From assembly GCF_018977255.1 (NCBI RefSeq), contig NW_024704743.1, forward strand, positions 97,528,001 to 97,592,000: a stretch of 64,000 bases of DNA, given 5' to 3'. The notes below the pieces were generated by a model that saw only the letters and a program-made list of their open reading frames with translations, made no database searches and was not told where the DNA came from. Position 1 is the stretch's first letter. Each line of letters opens with the position of its first letter. The stretch comes from Callorhinchus milii (Eukaryota). Made by a program: the position numbers and the translations under genes. This document shows positions 12,496 through 25,962 of this stretch, one piece after another.

Positions 12496-13837
12496 TATGC
12501 CTTGGAAGCAGATAAGTAAATTTTTTGTGGAAGAGAATCAAATCCTCTCTCATCAATGATAAGTGGTTAATTGTATTTACATGGATTGTCTTTTCTTATT
12601 TTTCAGGAAATCCAGAATCAACGAGTAAAGTATATCAATGATAACTACTTTATACAACTATTTACAAAGTGTCATAACAATAAACATCTAGATTCAGCTG
12701 GGGTGGTGGTGGCGGGGAGTGGGTGTCGGTCTGATTCCCTACGACTAGCTCTGCTCCATATCCTGGATGCGGATCTAAAACCTTGGGATTATTTAATATT
12801 TCAATTGTCAGGCAAGCTGGGGCGATTCCTTAGGTATCAAATCCCACCAAAAGTGACATTAAAACCCCTGGTATTCTAATAGTATTGGGCACCTTCTGCT
12901 GCCACGTTTCCTCCTGCACCAAACATCTTTAAGGTAACATTTCCCATTGAAACCAGCGTTTCTATGCCACGTGGCTCTGAATACCAAGCTGTGCTTGTTT
13001 AGACCAGAGACAGACCTTTGATCTGGAAACAATTTCTGATTGACTATGGTGGAGCTGTCACATTTGGAGACTTTCCAGAGACTCACTAATTGGAATACGG
13101 CACATGTATTGTTTCATCAAAACTAAGTACAACCCAGACCCCTTTGTAGCTGCTTTGCTCCTGTAAAAGAATTTCGACCTAATGGTTGGTCAGACGAGAT
13201 AAGGTAATAACAACTGCATTTATGTAGTATCCTTCACGCGGAGTAGCGTCCCGGAGCAAAAGTTACTGAGATGTTAAATGAAATGAGTAGAAACTGTGAA
13301 TGTGCAGCATCTTATGAAATGCAGACAAACAGCACCTACATTTCATTATACTTGCTCAATCTTTCCTAGAGCCTCTAGCAGACTTATCTTGTAAACACAA
13401 TTTACAAGCTAAGTTGGCTGAACTTTGTCAGCCAGGAAGTCATGATCAATTTTTGATTGATTATTTTTCAAATGAGTACAGGACTACAGTTTTTCTGGTG
13501 ATTAAGAGGCTTGTTTATGTTCCAGGCAATGTCTTTCTGTGGCTGGTATTTGTACTATTTGGAGGTATAATCCATGGGCTGGATCATACTATATCAAATA
13601 GCTTAGCCCAACAATATTGAGAAGATGTAAGCATTATCACAATGGATCCAATAATATGGCATTAAATCTTCCTAATGCTACCATTAAATTAGCAGGCAGC
13701 AGGAGCTTCTAAATTGCAAATGACATGAAAGAAATTGTTCAAATTATCAACATAACAATAGCTGCTATGACATCAAGCAGCCATATGTCCATATTGAAGG
13801 GTATTGTGACATGATTCCCTTTAGTGAAGAAGAGATT

Positions 13838-14336
13838 AACAACAACAACAAGATTACATTTGTATAGAGCCTTTCACGTCGGGAGGACGTCCCAAGGTGC
13901 TGGACAGAGCTGGGGTCAGGGGGGGAGAAGGGAGGGGAGGGGGAAGGAGAATGACCGATGGCATGGTCGAAGAGGAGGGTTTTGAAGAGACTTGAAGGAG
14001 GCGAAGGAGGGGGCGAGCCATAGTGATTGGGGGTTGGAATTCAAGAGGCTGGGGGCAGAGTGGATGAAGGCTCTCCCACAAATGCTGGAGCGGGTGGGTC
14101 AGGGGAGCAGGTGGGTCACCAGAGCAGGCCAGGGCCGGCTGAGCAGAGGGAGCGGGCGGGTTGGTACGGGGTTAGGAGGTCACGGAGGTAGGGTGGGGTG
14201 AGGCCATGGAGGGCTTTGTAGGTGAGTACTAGGATCTTGGACTGGATCCTCTGAAGAATAGGGAGCCAATGGACTCGGGCGAGAGGGGAGGAGATGGGGT
14301 CACGGAGTTTGGTGCGGGAGAGGACATGGCTGCAGA
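13838..14336 (-). mobile_element. L2 LINE 3' fragment with (GTT)n tail
   Basis: Minus-strand peptide HVLSRTKLRDPISSPLARVHWLPILQRIQSKILVLTYKALHGLTPPYLRDLL; (AAC)n at left end. Confidence 0.9.
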
Positions 14337-17300
14337 TTGTTACCCTACAAATGTGAAGGGAGATATGTAAATGCAAGTTGTTGTGGTTGTTGTAAATATC
14401 TCTCTACTTTGCCCTAACAATACATCTGAGCTCCAGTGTCAGAAGAGCTGTGTAAGCTTTTCGGTTCCTAAACCACCCCCTTCCCCACCCCCCCAGTAAT
14501 ATCTTGTGTCTCTGGGTAAGATTGCCAATTTAGTACTGATATGGTACTGTGAGACTACACAAGCTCGCAATTAGGCTTAGATGGCCCAACTCATTTCACA
14601 AAGGATCCTTACAGCCAGCAAAAGAGGAGATAATTCATCCCATCAGTCTGAGTTGGATTCCAATCTAAATCCAAGAGGCGAAAGGCCTGTGTCCTAAACT
14701 TCTACTTTGATCCTGGACTGTTCAGCACCTTGGGACGTCCTCCTGATGTGAAAGGCACTTTACAAATGTTATGTGGTTTTGTTCCATATTTATCAAATGC
14801 TGAAAATAAAAGTTGCAGAGACCATTCCAGAACTGTAAATTTATAATCATAGAATCATAGAATTATACAGCACAGAAGGAGGCCATTTGGAAAATCATGT
14901 CTGTGCCGGCTCTATTAAAAGAGCTATCCAAATCAATCCCACTCCCCTGCTCTCTCCCCATATCCCTACAAAATAATCTTGAAATAAAATTATTGGAAGG
15001 TTATATTGGCATCTAAAATGTGGAACTTGTGAGATGATTTGTAAATATTGATTCCTGCTGGTGACTGGAAAGCTGTCACACTGACTGACAACAACTCCTC
15101 CAAGGCTCACCCACAAAGTGATCACATCGGAGTGGAATTCCAGATGCTCGGCAAGACACAAATCTGCTCACCAGCAGGATTCAACAGTTACAATTCCTTT
15201 GTGAACAGCACATTTTAGACCCTGATGTGGATAACTCATTTTTAATTATCTTTGCATTTGATGTAGTCAACAATACAAAAATACAGTCACTAGCTTTTAA
15301 AGTGAATCCTGTGAAGCGCCTTAGAAATATCCTCCGGGCTCAAAAGGCATCTATATCAAAAGCAAGGATTATCATTATTATTTCAGTGCCTATAAATGTC
15401 TTATTAACTTAGTATCTGTGTATTTAACAACACATCTGAAGGACCGCACAATTGACAATGCAATGCTCCCTCAGTGCTGCACTGGAATATCAGCCTAGAC
15501 AATAAGATCAAAATCCACCTATATGGGGCTGCCTTCTGACATAGAGATAACAGTGCTGCCAACTGAGCCAAATTGACACCTACAACAGAACCAAGCTGAT
15601 AGCTTTCGTAGGTGATTTCTTCCTGTGTGAAATCCCTGGTTTCTGGTGCCACAGAGCAGCTGGTTAGAAATGTATATGAATGACTTGCTGTGTGATTTAC
15701 CCTCTGCGGGGAGCTTTTCAGATCATGTGGGAAATCACAGCACAAGCCAACTTCCCACAGTACATTCATGCACCAGTGCACTGCAATAGCTACACCCCAG
15801 GGAATTTCGCAATTACACAGGCACATAATTTCACACATAATACGTTTCATTACACATAAGCTCGTAATATTGTATAATATGGCCTAACTGCTTCATACCC
15901 CCCAGTCTGTCTCTCTTCCTGTTGCTTTCAGCGCTGCCTCAGAAGGGAAGAGAGCTGGAGAGGATGGTCTAGCTCATAAATAAATGCAAACATACATTTT
16001 ATAGGTATAAAGAAATGAGCTGTACACATACAAAATTAATGAAAACTGCCCTCCCCCATATATTTCTAAAGAGGCAACGAAACTGATACCAGTGTTGAAA
16101 AAATATATAATTTTGCACAATTTGCATATTTTCTTTGCAGAATTTTTAATTTTGCTGTGCATAATTTCCTGTGGTTTATGAGGCCATTCACCAGCCAATT
16201 CTATGGTCAGACTGGATATAGATCAGGTTACAGATCTGAAAGGTGATGGTGGGGGGAAATGTGCGGATTACCATGTGACAATTATCACTGGTAATCACAA
16301 GGGCAGAAAATCCAGTTAAATAATGCGATTAAACACTAACACTTTAATGCCAGCCTTGGGGCTGAACATCCCTCCCCATAATTTCGAAAGTGGTTTCATT
16401 CAGCTCCACTAAGGGTTCAATTTCTAAAATATTTTTATTAAGCAACCCACCATCATTTCAGATCATGGAAGCAGCATACTAACTCTACCTCTAACCCCTC
16501 CCTCTTGGTGCTTCCTATGGATTATTTCATATCCAGACAGAAAGTTCTGTGTAGATGCTCCCAACTTTCCCAACAATACTCAACTAAATTTCCATAATGT
16601 TGATCCAACTCTTGAGTTTCCATGTTCAGGACTGGCCTGGTCATCTCTGCAGAACTTCCCCCTCATCTCAGTTACACATGGATCAGCATTCACATCAGAG
16701 ACAGAATAACTCTGGTATTAGTATTCTGATTCAACCTAGTTATTTATAACCCAATTCACAAAAGACCACAACACAGCTAAGATGGAGTCAACTGCACAGG
16801 TTTTAATTTATTCAGACTTATTGAGATCTTTGATTTGAAATCACAATAAAATCTGCATGGTTTTGATTCTGGTACAATGATTTGGAGAATTATTTACATA
16901 AAATCTGTACAGACATTGATGTGCATCAGAGAGAAGACACTGAATTTATGTTTGTAAAATATACGCGATTTACTGCTATATATTTAGGCAATTAAGGTTC
17001 AATGATTTATTGAATCATAGAATTACGGACATTACAGTATCAGAGGAGACCATTAAAGTTTAAACACATGTAGCTCAGCTACTTCACAATAAAATTCTGC
17101 AAAGTGCTCTATGTTGTCTTGACGACATTAAGGTGCTATATAAAATGGATATCATAACCACTCTAATCCCATTTCCCTGTACACTTACACATTATTCCTT
17201 AACAAATGACCTTCTAGTAACTATCCGCCTTGGTGGGAAGGTAATTGTCATTTACTTGATGCTGAGCTGATGCTAAGGTGATGTGCTTGATAGGCACTGA

Positions 17301-17697
17301 TGATCAGCCAGCCTAGCTCATTGGCAGAACTTTAGGATGCACCAATACGGTAGAAAAAGGCAACATAGGGTTAGAGTTGCAAAGGACAATTTATTAAGAG
17401 CGTTTTAAGTCAGCCTATCATCAGAGATGAAATAACACGTTTGAAAATAAATGAGCTGCATGAACAAGCTGGCTCAAAGAACATTTGCGGTCATAAGTGG
17501 TCAATTTATGTCCTATACTTAATGACTGATTTGTGGTAAAGCATTCTCCCGACGTCAACTTCTAAACAATGGTTTCTGCCACTGTCGATTAACCATTGTC
17601 CATTGCTGAGGTTAAATGCAAGTTGCTGGAACATCATTTTCTTCTTTTATTAGGCGGCAACTTGACAACGTGAAATCTGTGTTCTCCTGGCCTAAAT

Positions 17698-17875
17698 CAG
17701 TGGTGGCCAACCTTTTTAGTCGGCTAACCAAATATTTTTTTCTTTATTGAATATCTCTTGATTCAAGGCCACATCATAAATATTTCTGCTCAGTAGCTAC
17801 TGAAAGCAAAATATTCATTTAAAACAGACTTACAGAATATGGTACCTAGAATGAGCCACTTTTTGGCCACCACTG
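17698..17875. mobile_element. hAT-like MITE (178 bp)
   Basis: Perfect 13-bp TIRs CAGTGGTGGCCAA / TTGGCCACCACTG; 8-bp TSD not visible because an L2-type tail abuts the right end. Confidence 0.7.
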
Positions 17876-18647
17876 CGCAATATAAATGCAATTTGTTGTT
17901 GTCAGTACTTTGGGCTCTCCGTCTAGCCTGACACACCAGTGCAGTACTGGGGGAGCACTGCATTAGATGGTTTCTGGCTAGTGATCAGGAGTGGGACCTC
18001 TGGTTGTTTAGCTCCACAGCCCTACCTCAAGGTCACTACAGTTTCTGCAGGAATCATCATGTCAGAGACTAGGATCTAAGCATTTGAGTTTATCTCTGCA
18101 ACTATTGAAAATAAACATATCCAGCAAAACCAAAAGAACCATCTGCAAATAATTTATTTTGTTACAAAAAAGCTCTTAACAGAATCAATTCAATCTTTTC
18201 CTAAAGCTGTTTTCACGTTAGTCTTTGCTATCATGTGGCAGGTATAGTACCTTAAACTGCAGCAGTAAATGGACCATATATTGGCCTCTATCAAAGCTTT
18301 CTCAGGCAGCGGCTTTAGGTTCAGTTGAGCACTTGGATGCTTTATTGAGATTCAAGAAATAACCTGCTCAGATTGATTGAGGATGCAAAGCTCGGCAAGC
18401 CAGCTTTGAATTAGATTTTTGGGTCATTTTTACTTCAGTACTCGAGCTACCTTCCCCCACGACAAAGTTGCAATGACAATGTCTTTAACTGAAGGGAGAC
18501 CCCGGCTTGGCTTCTAAGTTGTAGTTTCATCTTTTCGTTCAAAACAATCTTCCTTTTAACAGAAAATTCAAGAACTGTAGTCTGAATTAAAAATAATCTT
18601 TATTTTAAGCCAGTTTTCTCCAATTATTAGGATCCAAGTGTACCTAC

Positions 18648-19056
18648 AAACAGCAACACAACAACAACAAAATTACATTTATAGAGCGTCTTTCACATCG
18701 GGAGGACGTCCCAAAGCGCTGAACGGTCAGGTGTCGGGGCCCGAGTATGGCGGAGGGATGATAGGGGTGAGGGAAGACAGAGAGGTGGGAGGGAGACCAA
18801 AGGCACAGTCGAAGAGAAGGGTCTTGAGATCGGCCTTGAAGGAGGCAAGGGAGGAAGCGAGGCGAAGGGACCGTGGGATGGAGTTCCAGAGTGTGGGGGC
18901 AGAGAGGCTGAAAGCCCGGGCACCGATGGTAGGGCGGTTTGGGCGGGAGACATAGAGCAGGCCGGAGCCCGATGAAAGGAGTGAGCGGGCAGGTTGGTAG
19001 GGAGTCAGCAGGTCAGAGAGGTAGGAGGGGGCAAGGCCATGGAAGGTCTTAAAGGT
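18648..19056 (-). mobile_element. L2 LINE 3' fragment
   Basis: Close reverse complement of ~33430-33811; (AAC)n tail. Confidence 0.9.
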
Positions 19057-20545
19057 GAAAAGAGGTGTATCAAAATGCAGAACCTAGAGGTGTGTCAAGA
19101 TGCAGAACACATTGATACGATGCTGCTTGATGTTTGGATTAAATCAAGTTATCAATGCACTGTGTCTTTGCTATGAAAACTATACTTTTAAGGGCAAACT
19201 CAATACAGCTCAGGAACCTTTTGCAGAATACAGTCACAGGACAAGTCATGCTGTTACCTGAATTACATCCACAAGAATGAACATAGGTGATGATCAGTCA
19301 CTGTTCTGAATGCACCCATCAGAAAGACAAACACTTCAAGCCCAAAGTCTGATGGTATCAGCATTGCTGCACAACTGAACAGCAGCAAATATTTCAGGCT
19401 GTATTATTCATCACTTGAGATAAAACAGTGATTGGTTTTGACCAAACCTACAAGAGTGGCAGTACTTTACGCTGAGTCATTGAATAGGAAGTGGCCGTCA
19501 GTATCAGTACCTGTCAAATCCCTGCCTTTTCTATGGTCTATTATTGTACTAGTCAAAACAAATCCGTGGTTGCCAAATCTTAGCTTAATTTATTTTTCTT
19601 CCAAATGCTATAATTGTGCTCATAGAAGGACTGACGCATCCTTGGGTGCATAAGGGATATTGTAGTTTTGGAGAGAAAAATGTAAATATTGTAACTGTTT
19701 CCGTATTTCCAGCGCTCTGAGACACTAGCTCGTGTGAAGGGTGCTACGTAAATGCAAGTTGTTGTTACTGTGAGGACAGTATCCATTTTTTGTACTTATC
19801 CATCATCTTGTACTGTGAGCACTGTATCCATTTTGCTGTATTTGTCTCTTTTTACAGTGAGTACCGCACCCATCTCTGTACCATGTCAGTCTGACTCAGC
19901 CTAGCACTGTGTAATGGCCAACGTTCCCTGAAATAAAATTCGTCATTCATTTCTTGGCCGTTTGTGAAACATTGCTGTGCGCAAATTGGCTGCCATATTT
20001 GCCTACAAAAATACACTGTCACTGTTACACTTTACAGTGAATCCTTTGAAATATTTTGAGACAACCTCCTAATGTGAAAGGCACTATATCAAATGCAAGG
20101 ATTATTATTTTATTATTATTTTATTATTTATTGCCCCAATATCTTACTTTATTATTGTTTTTACTTTATCCATCTCATTGTGTTAGGATTTGAATTTGTG
20201 ACTACATCCTCGTAGTCTAATAATAATAAACAATTACATTTGGTAATAATGAATCCTTACGTTTAGTATAGCACCTCTCACATTGGGAGGCCGACCCAAA
20301 ATGCTCACAGGATTTACTGTAAAGTGTAGTGACTGTGTGTGCTGTGGGCAAACCCCTATGCATACTCTGGCTGCTACTACACAGTGTTAACCCACCCCCA
20401 GACACACACATCATTGTTAATGGTGAAACCCAAGAAGCCAAGAAATAAGAACTCAGTAACTGAGGTTTGCCTTAGGAGCAACAGTATTGAGTAAAATGTG
20501 GAATGAGTTTGGTGTGTAGTTGGCCTGAATCAGCCAAGATGGGCA

Positions 20546-20712
20546 TAATAATAATAATCTTTGCATTTGATATAGCACCGTATCACATCTTCAAGATGTC
20601 AAAAACCATTTCACAGAATATACTGTAAAGTGAATTGACTGTATATTTTGTGGGTGAAATGCGGCAGCCAATTGAGCACAGCAGTGTCCCACAAACAGTC
20701 GTTGACCAATTT
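20546..20712 (-). mobile_element. SINE 3' tail copy
   Basis: ataataataataatctttgcatttgatatagc..gcagccaattg..cccacaaacagtc. Confidence 0.8.
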
Positions 20713-21252
20713 ATATATTTTTTTGGGTGGGGGGGGAGTTGGGATGCAGAGAAAGACCAAGTGAAAAGTAGGAAATGCTGTGATCAAGTCAAAATATTTC
20801 AGTAAGAAAAAGAGGAACAGAGCTACAGCCAAAAATATCTTCAGCAATTCCCTGTTGGTACATTAGTGAGGAGAGGAAAGTGCTGTAGAATACACTATGC
20901 ACTATCCTTGTATATAGGTGAGTGAGACGAGAGAATGTTAAGTACTGTATGTGCTTTCTTCTCATGAAAGGAAACTTGTTATTTTGCTCCACAGGAAACA
21001 TATTGAGGGGAACAATTGTAAGATCTGGATATGTTTCAGAGAAATTGCGTAAAAAGCAAAGTCTTTATGTACGCAGGTGTTGCTAATGCCGATCTTCTCT
21101 CCACCCTCCCCGCGCAAAGTGATAATTAGCTGTGAATACTTCTATATTGAGAGGCACCTGTTCTCACTTCCATCCAGCCATCTGCTCATCGCTACATTCT
21201 CAAGGCTTTCTGGATATTTTTCTCTTTAAGAGCTTAATATACAGTTTGCATT

Positions 21253-21560
21253 GTGGAGTCCTGTAGCTCAGTGGTTAGAGCATTGCCTTGTAAGTGAAAG
21301 ACCTGGGTTTGATTCCCGGGCAGGGCAAAACGTTGGGCAAGTGTCCTTACTCCACATGCCTCTATTTACCTAACAGTAAGTAGGAACCCAGTTGTTAGTC
21401 GATTGGCGGATCACTTTTCCGGGGTTAATAATTCCTTAAACAAAACGATAATAATAAATTGGTCGTTCATTGCACGACAGTGGGACATTGCTGTGCATAA
21501 TTGGCTGCCACACTTCGTTCACAAAATGCACAGTCGATTCACTTTACGGTGTATTCTGTG
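21253..21560 (+). mobile_element. Family A SINE, 3' end missing
   Basis: gtggagtcctgtagctcagtggttagagc head with pol III A/B-box-like motifs; ttgggcaagtgtccttactccac central domain. Confidence 0.85.
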
Positions 21561-21613
21561 CTGCAGGATTCCACAATGAAAAAAAAATCCCCTTCTGCCT
21601 CCATTCTATTGAA

Positions 21614-21974
21614 GTGGAGTCCTGCAGCTCAGTGGTTAGAGCACTCGCCTCTCAAGCGAGAGATCTGGGTTCAATTCCCGGAAGGGCGAAATGTTGGGCA
21701 AGTTTCCTTACTCCACAAGCCTCTGTTTACCTAGCAGTACATAGTTAGTCAATTGGGGGATCGCTTTTCCGAGGATAATAATTCCTTAAAAAAAAATAGG
21801 TCACTCAATCCACAGCAGTTTGTGTGACACTGCTGTGCGCAACTGTCTGTCATGTTCCACCCACAAAATATACAGTTAATTCACTTTACAGTATATTCTG
21901 TGACGCGCTTTGAGACGTCTCCAAGACGTGATAAGGGGCTATATCAAATGCAAGGATTATTATTATTACTATTA
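21614..21974 (+). mobile_element. Family A SINE, near full length
   Basis: Head, central domain and (ATT)n tail all present. Confidence 0.88.
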
Positions 21975-22762
21975 ACTCCATTCAGGAGACCCTCAGATTC
22001 GCTCCCTCCCTCACCTGGTTCATGGTCCACCCTTTGGTTGTGCTTTCAGTAATCCTTGCCCTTCGCCACCCTCCTCGACTGCCATCCCAAAGTTTGGCTG
22101 TCCAGTCAGTACTGTTCTCCTAAAGTTGTGCTCCCAATGTGAAAGACGACTGTATAAATGTCACTTTACTGTATTGTAATACCTCTTTAAGCTACAGCTC
22201 CACCAGAGTTGCGAGTTTTCATGATTGTGAATAAGTAGCATAAAATGATTACATCGTTGCTACCAACACTAATTCTATTAATTGGGTGCAGAAAGCAGAA
22301 CAGAAGTTGGGGGAGGCAAGACCTTTGCATGTGTCAGCTGAGAGTCAAATAGGACAAAAATCTTTGCTAATGGCCCTTTGGAACTAATATATTCCTTGAG
22401 CTGTATGCATTGAATAGTAGATTAGATAATAACTTACCTGCTTCTGTCACTGCTAATGGAAATTGGTGGCATATCTAACTGCATGCTGAATGATTTAGAG
22501 CTGATGTTTCCAAGCTTGCTGTATAGTTTTATCTCTTGGTGCTGACCTACAAATAAGAACAACCTTGGCAGGGCCAACCTTCAGTTAATGATGCAATATA
22601 ATTTCAGAATGCTTCAGACACAACAAAAACATCATTGAATGTTGATGTATTGATACGTTTATCATTTTGCACACCATAAATTAGGATCCAGACTCCTGCA
22701 TTCACTCAGTGATGTAACCACTCTCTGATTTGCTTTTCCTTTGTTAAATGAGAGTGGACAGA

Positions 22763-23002
22763 AGCTGGTTAGACTCCAGCAATACCTCAACACACACTCT
22801 GGGGTCCGCAAGACTTGTGCCTAATACTTTCCGGAATTAGGTAAGCAGGATGCATCCCTCCAGGGAGAGTGTGCATACTATTCCAACAATCTACCTCTGT
22901 GATTTCCACATGTGGGTGGGATGCATGGAAATCTCAGCTTGGTTTGGATACTTAAGATGGGTTTCCGCATGTGTCAGTACCGAGCTGACCCCCCCAAAAA
23001 AA
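22763..23002 (+). repeat. Unclassified ~300-bp interspersed repeat (family C)
   Basis: Shares ggaattaggtaagcaggatgcatccctccagggagag and ttggtttggatac..gggtttccgcatgtgtcag..ctgacc with other copies. Confidence 0.8.
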
Positions 23003-23492
23003 CGAAGGAATGGCGTTAGGTGATTGATTCCGCTTTCAATTGGCATGCAAACATTTGGAACTTAAACTTCACCACTCGCATATTCCAGCTACCAAATTCA
23101 CTGGAAATGTACAAACTGCCACCAGCTAGCCCACCATGGACATTTTCATTGCAGATCGATCTTCCCTGTAAGCAGCTTCACTAAAAAAGCAGGGAGCTGG
23201 AGTGTGGTGTTCCTCCTTGATACCATTGCACAATAGTAGCATTACGTTGTGATAGAGTGGATTGTTTTGTTCAGTGCTTAGATGGTAATAGGAATTCTGA
23301 AATGGCAATGCTGCTCTCTGGATTTGTTCCCTGTGGAGAAAACCAAAGGGGTGGATGGCAACATTACTCCAGAAGCAAACTATCAAATACAAATTGTGAA
23401 AGTCAAGCATTATTTTATTATAATGGCAGATTTTAAGCAGAATTATAAATTTAAGTAATGGTAATCATTTTTTTACCATGTTTGCATTTTAC

Positions 23493-23950
23493 ATAGAATC
23501 CATGGCACCCAAGCAGGCCACTCAGCTCACTAGTCTGTGTGGGTGTTCATACTCCACATGAACCTCCACCCCATCTAAACTCCTCCCTATCCGCCTCCCA
23601 TACCCTTCTATTCCCTTTTGCCTCATGTAGGCATCAACTTTCCTCTTAGATGTATTGATGTGTTCTGCATAACCAAATTTTGGTGGTGAACTCCACATTC
23701 CCACCACCCTCTGGATAAAGAAGGTCCTACTACACTCTGTTTTAGATCCATTAGCGGCTACCTTATATATATGGCCCCTTGCTATGGACTCGGCAAAAAC
23801 ATGGAAACAGGTTATTTATGCTCAATTTATCAAACCCAAATTTAAACACCTCTATAAGGTCTCCTCCCAATTGTCTTGGGAAAAAAACTGCATAATCTTT
23901 CTTGATAGTTGCATCATTGCATCCACTGGTAACATCCTGGTAAATCTACA
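23493..23950 (-). mobile_element. Degraded CR1 LINE 3' fragment
   Basis: catagaatcc..gcaggccactcagc end; minus-strand peptide KRKVDAYMRQKGIEGYG. Confidence 0.7.
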
Positions 23951-24715
23951 TTACTTCAGATATATTAAGGCAACAGTACCAGAGAGAACAGATTCAGGGT
24001 TATGAAGTGCAATGGAGGAAAATCACAAGAAATTATTTCTTTACACTGGGCATAATTAATGGATAAAGAAATGAGTAGAGACCAGAATGAATAACTTGTT
24101 TAAAAAACAGTGATGTCATCAGACTCGTATAAAAGAGAAGTACCCAAACCAGACCCCACTGCCTCTAGAACAATTGTTTTCAAAAACACCTTAGGTCAAA
24201 TCCTCTTTATGCTAGTTTGCAAAGAAGTATTATGCTTGAATCAGAATTTCTGTGAATTAGAACTTAAAATAAGTGACTTGTAGGTCTTCGCACCCCGGGC
24301 CATTCAATCATTCATTATACAATTCCATCTAAGCAAAAAGATTCATCAACACATATGCTAATTGATTCAATTTCTGAACTGTGTTACTGCCTTTAGTGGA
24401 AATTTATTTGTGGAAGAGCATTTGTAAGGTACTGAGAATTAACAAGTGGCTAACACTTAACACGTTTTAGCTGAAAAATACAATACTGCTCAATGGCTAT
24501 GATTGGGAAGCGGTTGGTGCTTTGGGATTTTGTGCATTAGATCATAGTTGTGTGTGGCTCAGAAATGTAATTTCTTTCTAAAGTGCACTAAATTGCAAAA
24601 TGCCACATTGTAGATGGAGCCATGTTCAATCATCATATTAACATTGCATTTTTGGGAGCGTTCTGTTATTTGTCTTGGTTTAATTTTTCAGTCACCTTGG
24701 CTAGAATTTAAAACT

Positions 24716-25194
24716 ATAATAAAAATCTTTGTATTTGATATACCACCTTACACATCTGGAAACGTTCCAAAATGCTTCACAGAATTTACTGTAAAGTGTC
24801 GTGATTGTGTATTTTGTAGATGAATGCAATCAATTTGTGTACAGCAGTGTCCCACAAATGACTATGATGTGAATGAATAATTTTGTTTAGGGGACTGTTG
24901 ACCACAGCATTATGAGAAACTCCATTCTCTTTTGGAAACGTGCCATGGGATATTTAACAGTCATTTCAACAGGCATATTGGACCACGGCTTAAAGACTCA
25001 CCTCATGGCACATTCTCCCTTGAAAAGAGAAGGGAGTATCTCTTGGTGTCCTTGACAACAACAGCAAAACAAACCTTGCTAATGCTCCCCCAACACTGTA
25101 TTGGAGTGTCAACCTAAACTGTGAGTTCAAAACCTCAAACCCACAATCTTCTGACTCAGACGCAAGATTGCTACCAGCTGAGCCAGGCTGACAC
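24716..25194 (-). mobile_element. Deu-domain SINE, near full length
   Basis: Head gtgtcagcctggctcagctggtagcaatcttgcgtctgagtcagaagattgtggg on the minus strand, plus tail. Confidence 0.75.
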
Positions 25195-25384
25195 AACTAC
25201 TAACTATTAAACAATTGGCCAGTCAAGATGTTTCTCATATCCTCTGTCCTCTTCCTTCAATTCAGTCCTTTAGTCAGCTTGACCATAATATAATACTGGA
25301 ACTATGTTAGTCTGACACTTCATCAGTGAAGATTTGTCAATCTTCACTTCTTTATTTTTGTGAAGACTACACAAAAAATAGCTG

Positions 25385-25670
25385 TGTCTTAAGCCATTAA
25401 ACCAAGGTCCTTATCTGCCTGTTTAGGTGGTTGTTAAAGATTCCATGGCACTATTTGAAAAGAGAGGGAGTTTCTCCCAGCGTCCTGGAAAGCAATCCTT
25501 TAAATAAAATTGGTTACTCACTTCACAGCTGTTTGTGGGACTTTGCTCTGTGTAAATTGGCTCCCACATTCACCTGCAAAACACACAGTTACTACACTTG
25601 GTGTTATATCCTGTGAAGTACTTGAGATGTCCTCCTGACATCATATACAATGATTATTATTATTATTATC
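25385..25670 (+). mobile_element. Deu-domain SINE fragment
   Basis: ttaaaccaaggtcc..gttaaagattccatggcactatttgaaaagagagggagtttctccc. Confidence 0.7.
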
Positions 25671-25962
25671 GTAAGGAGGGAAGTTAGGTGAATACACAGA
25701 TGATAATATATTTGAAGATTAAGTTACTAGGGAACATAATGCATGTATTTCAGGAGTGCAGAGGGATTAAGGCTTTAAATTAAGTCTTCTGTTCCCAGTG
25801 ATGTTGCATTCTGAGCTTTCATCTTGCATTATTGGTGAATGTCCTGGTATAAACACTCTGGGACGCTATCCTGTGTGAGGGGTGCTATAATAAATGCAAG
25901 TTGTTGTTGTTATCACTGAAGCAATGGAATGGGCAGTGACAGGCACATCACACACAGTAATA

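Noticed and set aside
14721..14741. REST/RE1 site (TTCAGCACC half-site; another at ~62482 on the minus strand)
   Set aside because: The right half GGACAG is absent; the 14721 match is part of an L2 tail
21253..21330. tRNA genes (also at 2725-2798, 21614, 25963, 42538)
   Set aside because: These are SINE heads: degenerate, with variable anticodon loops, and continuing into a SINE body
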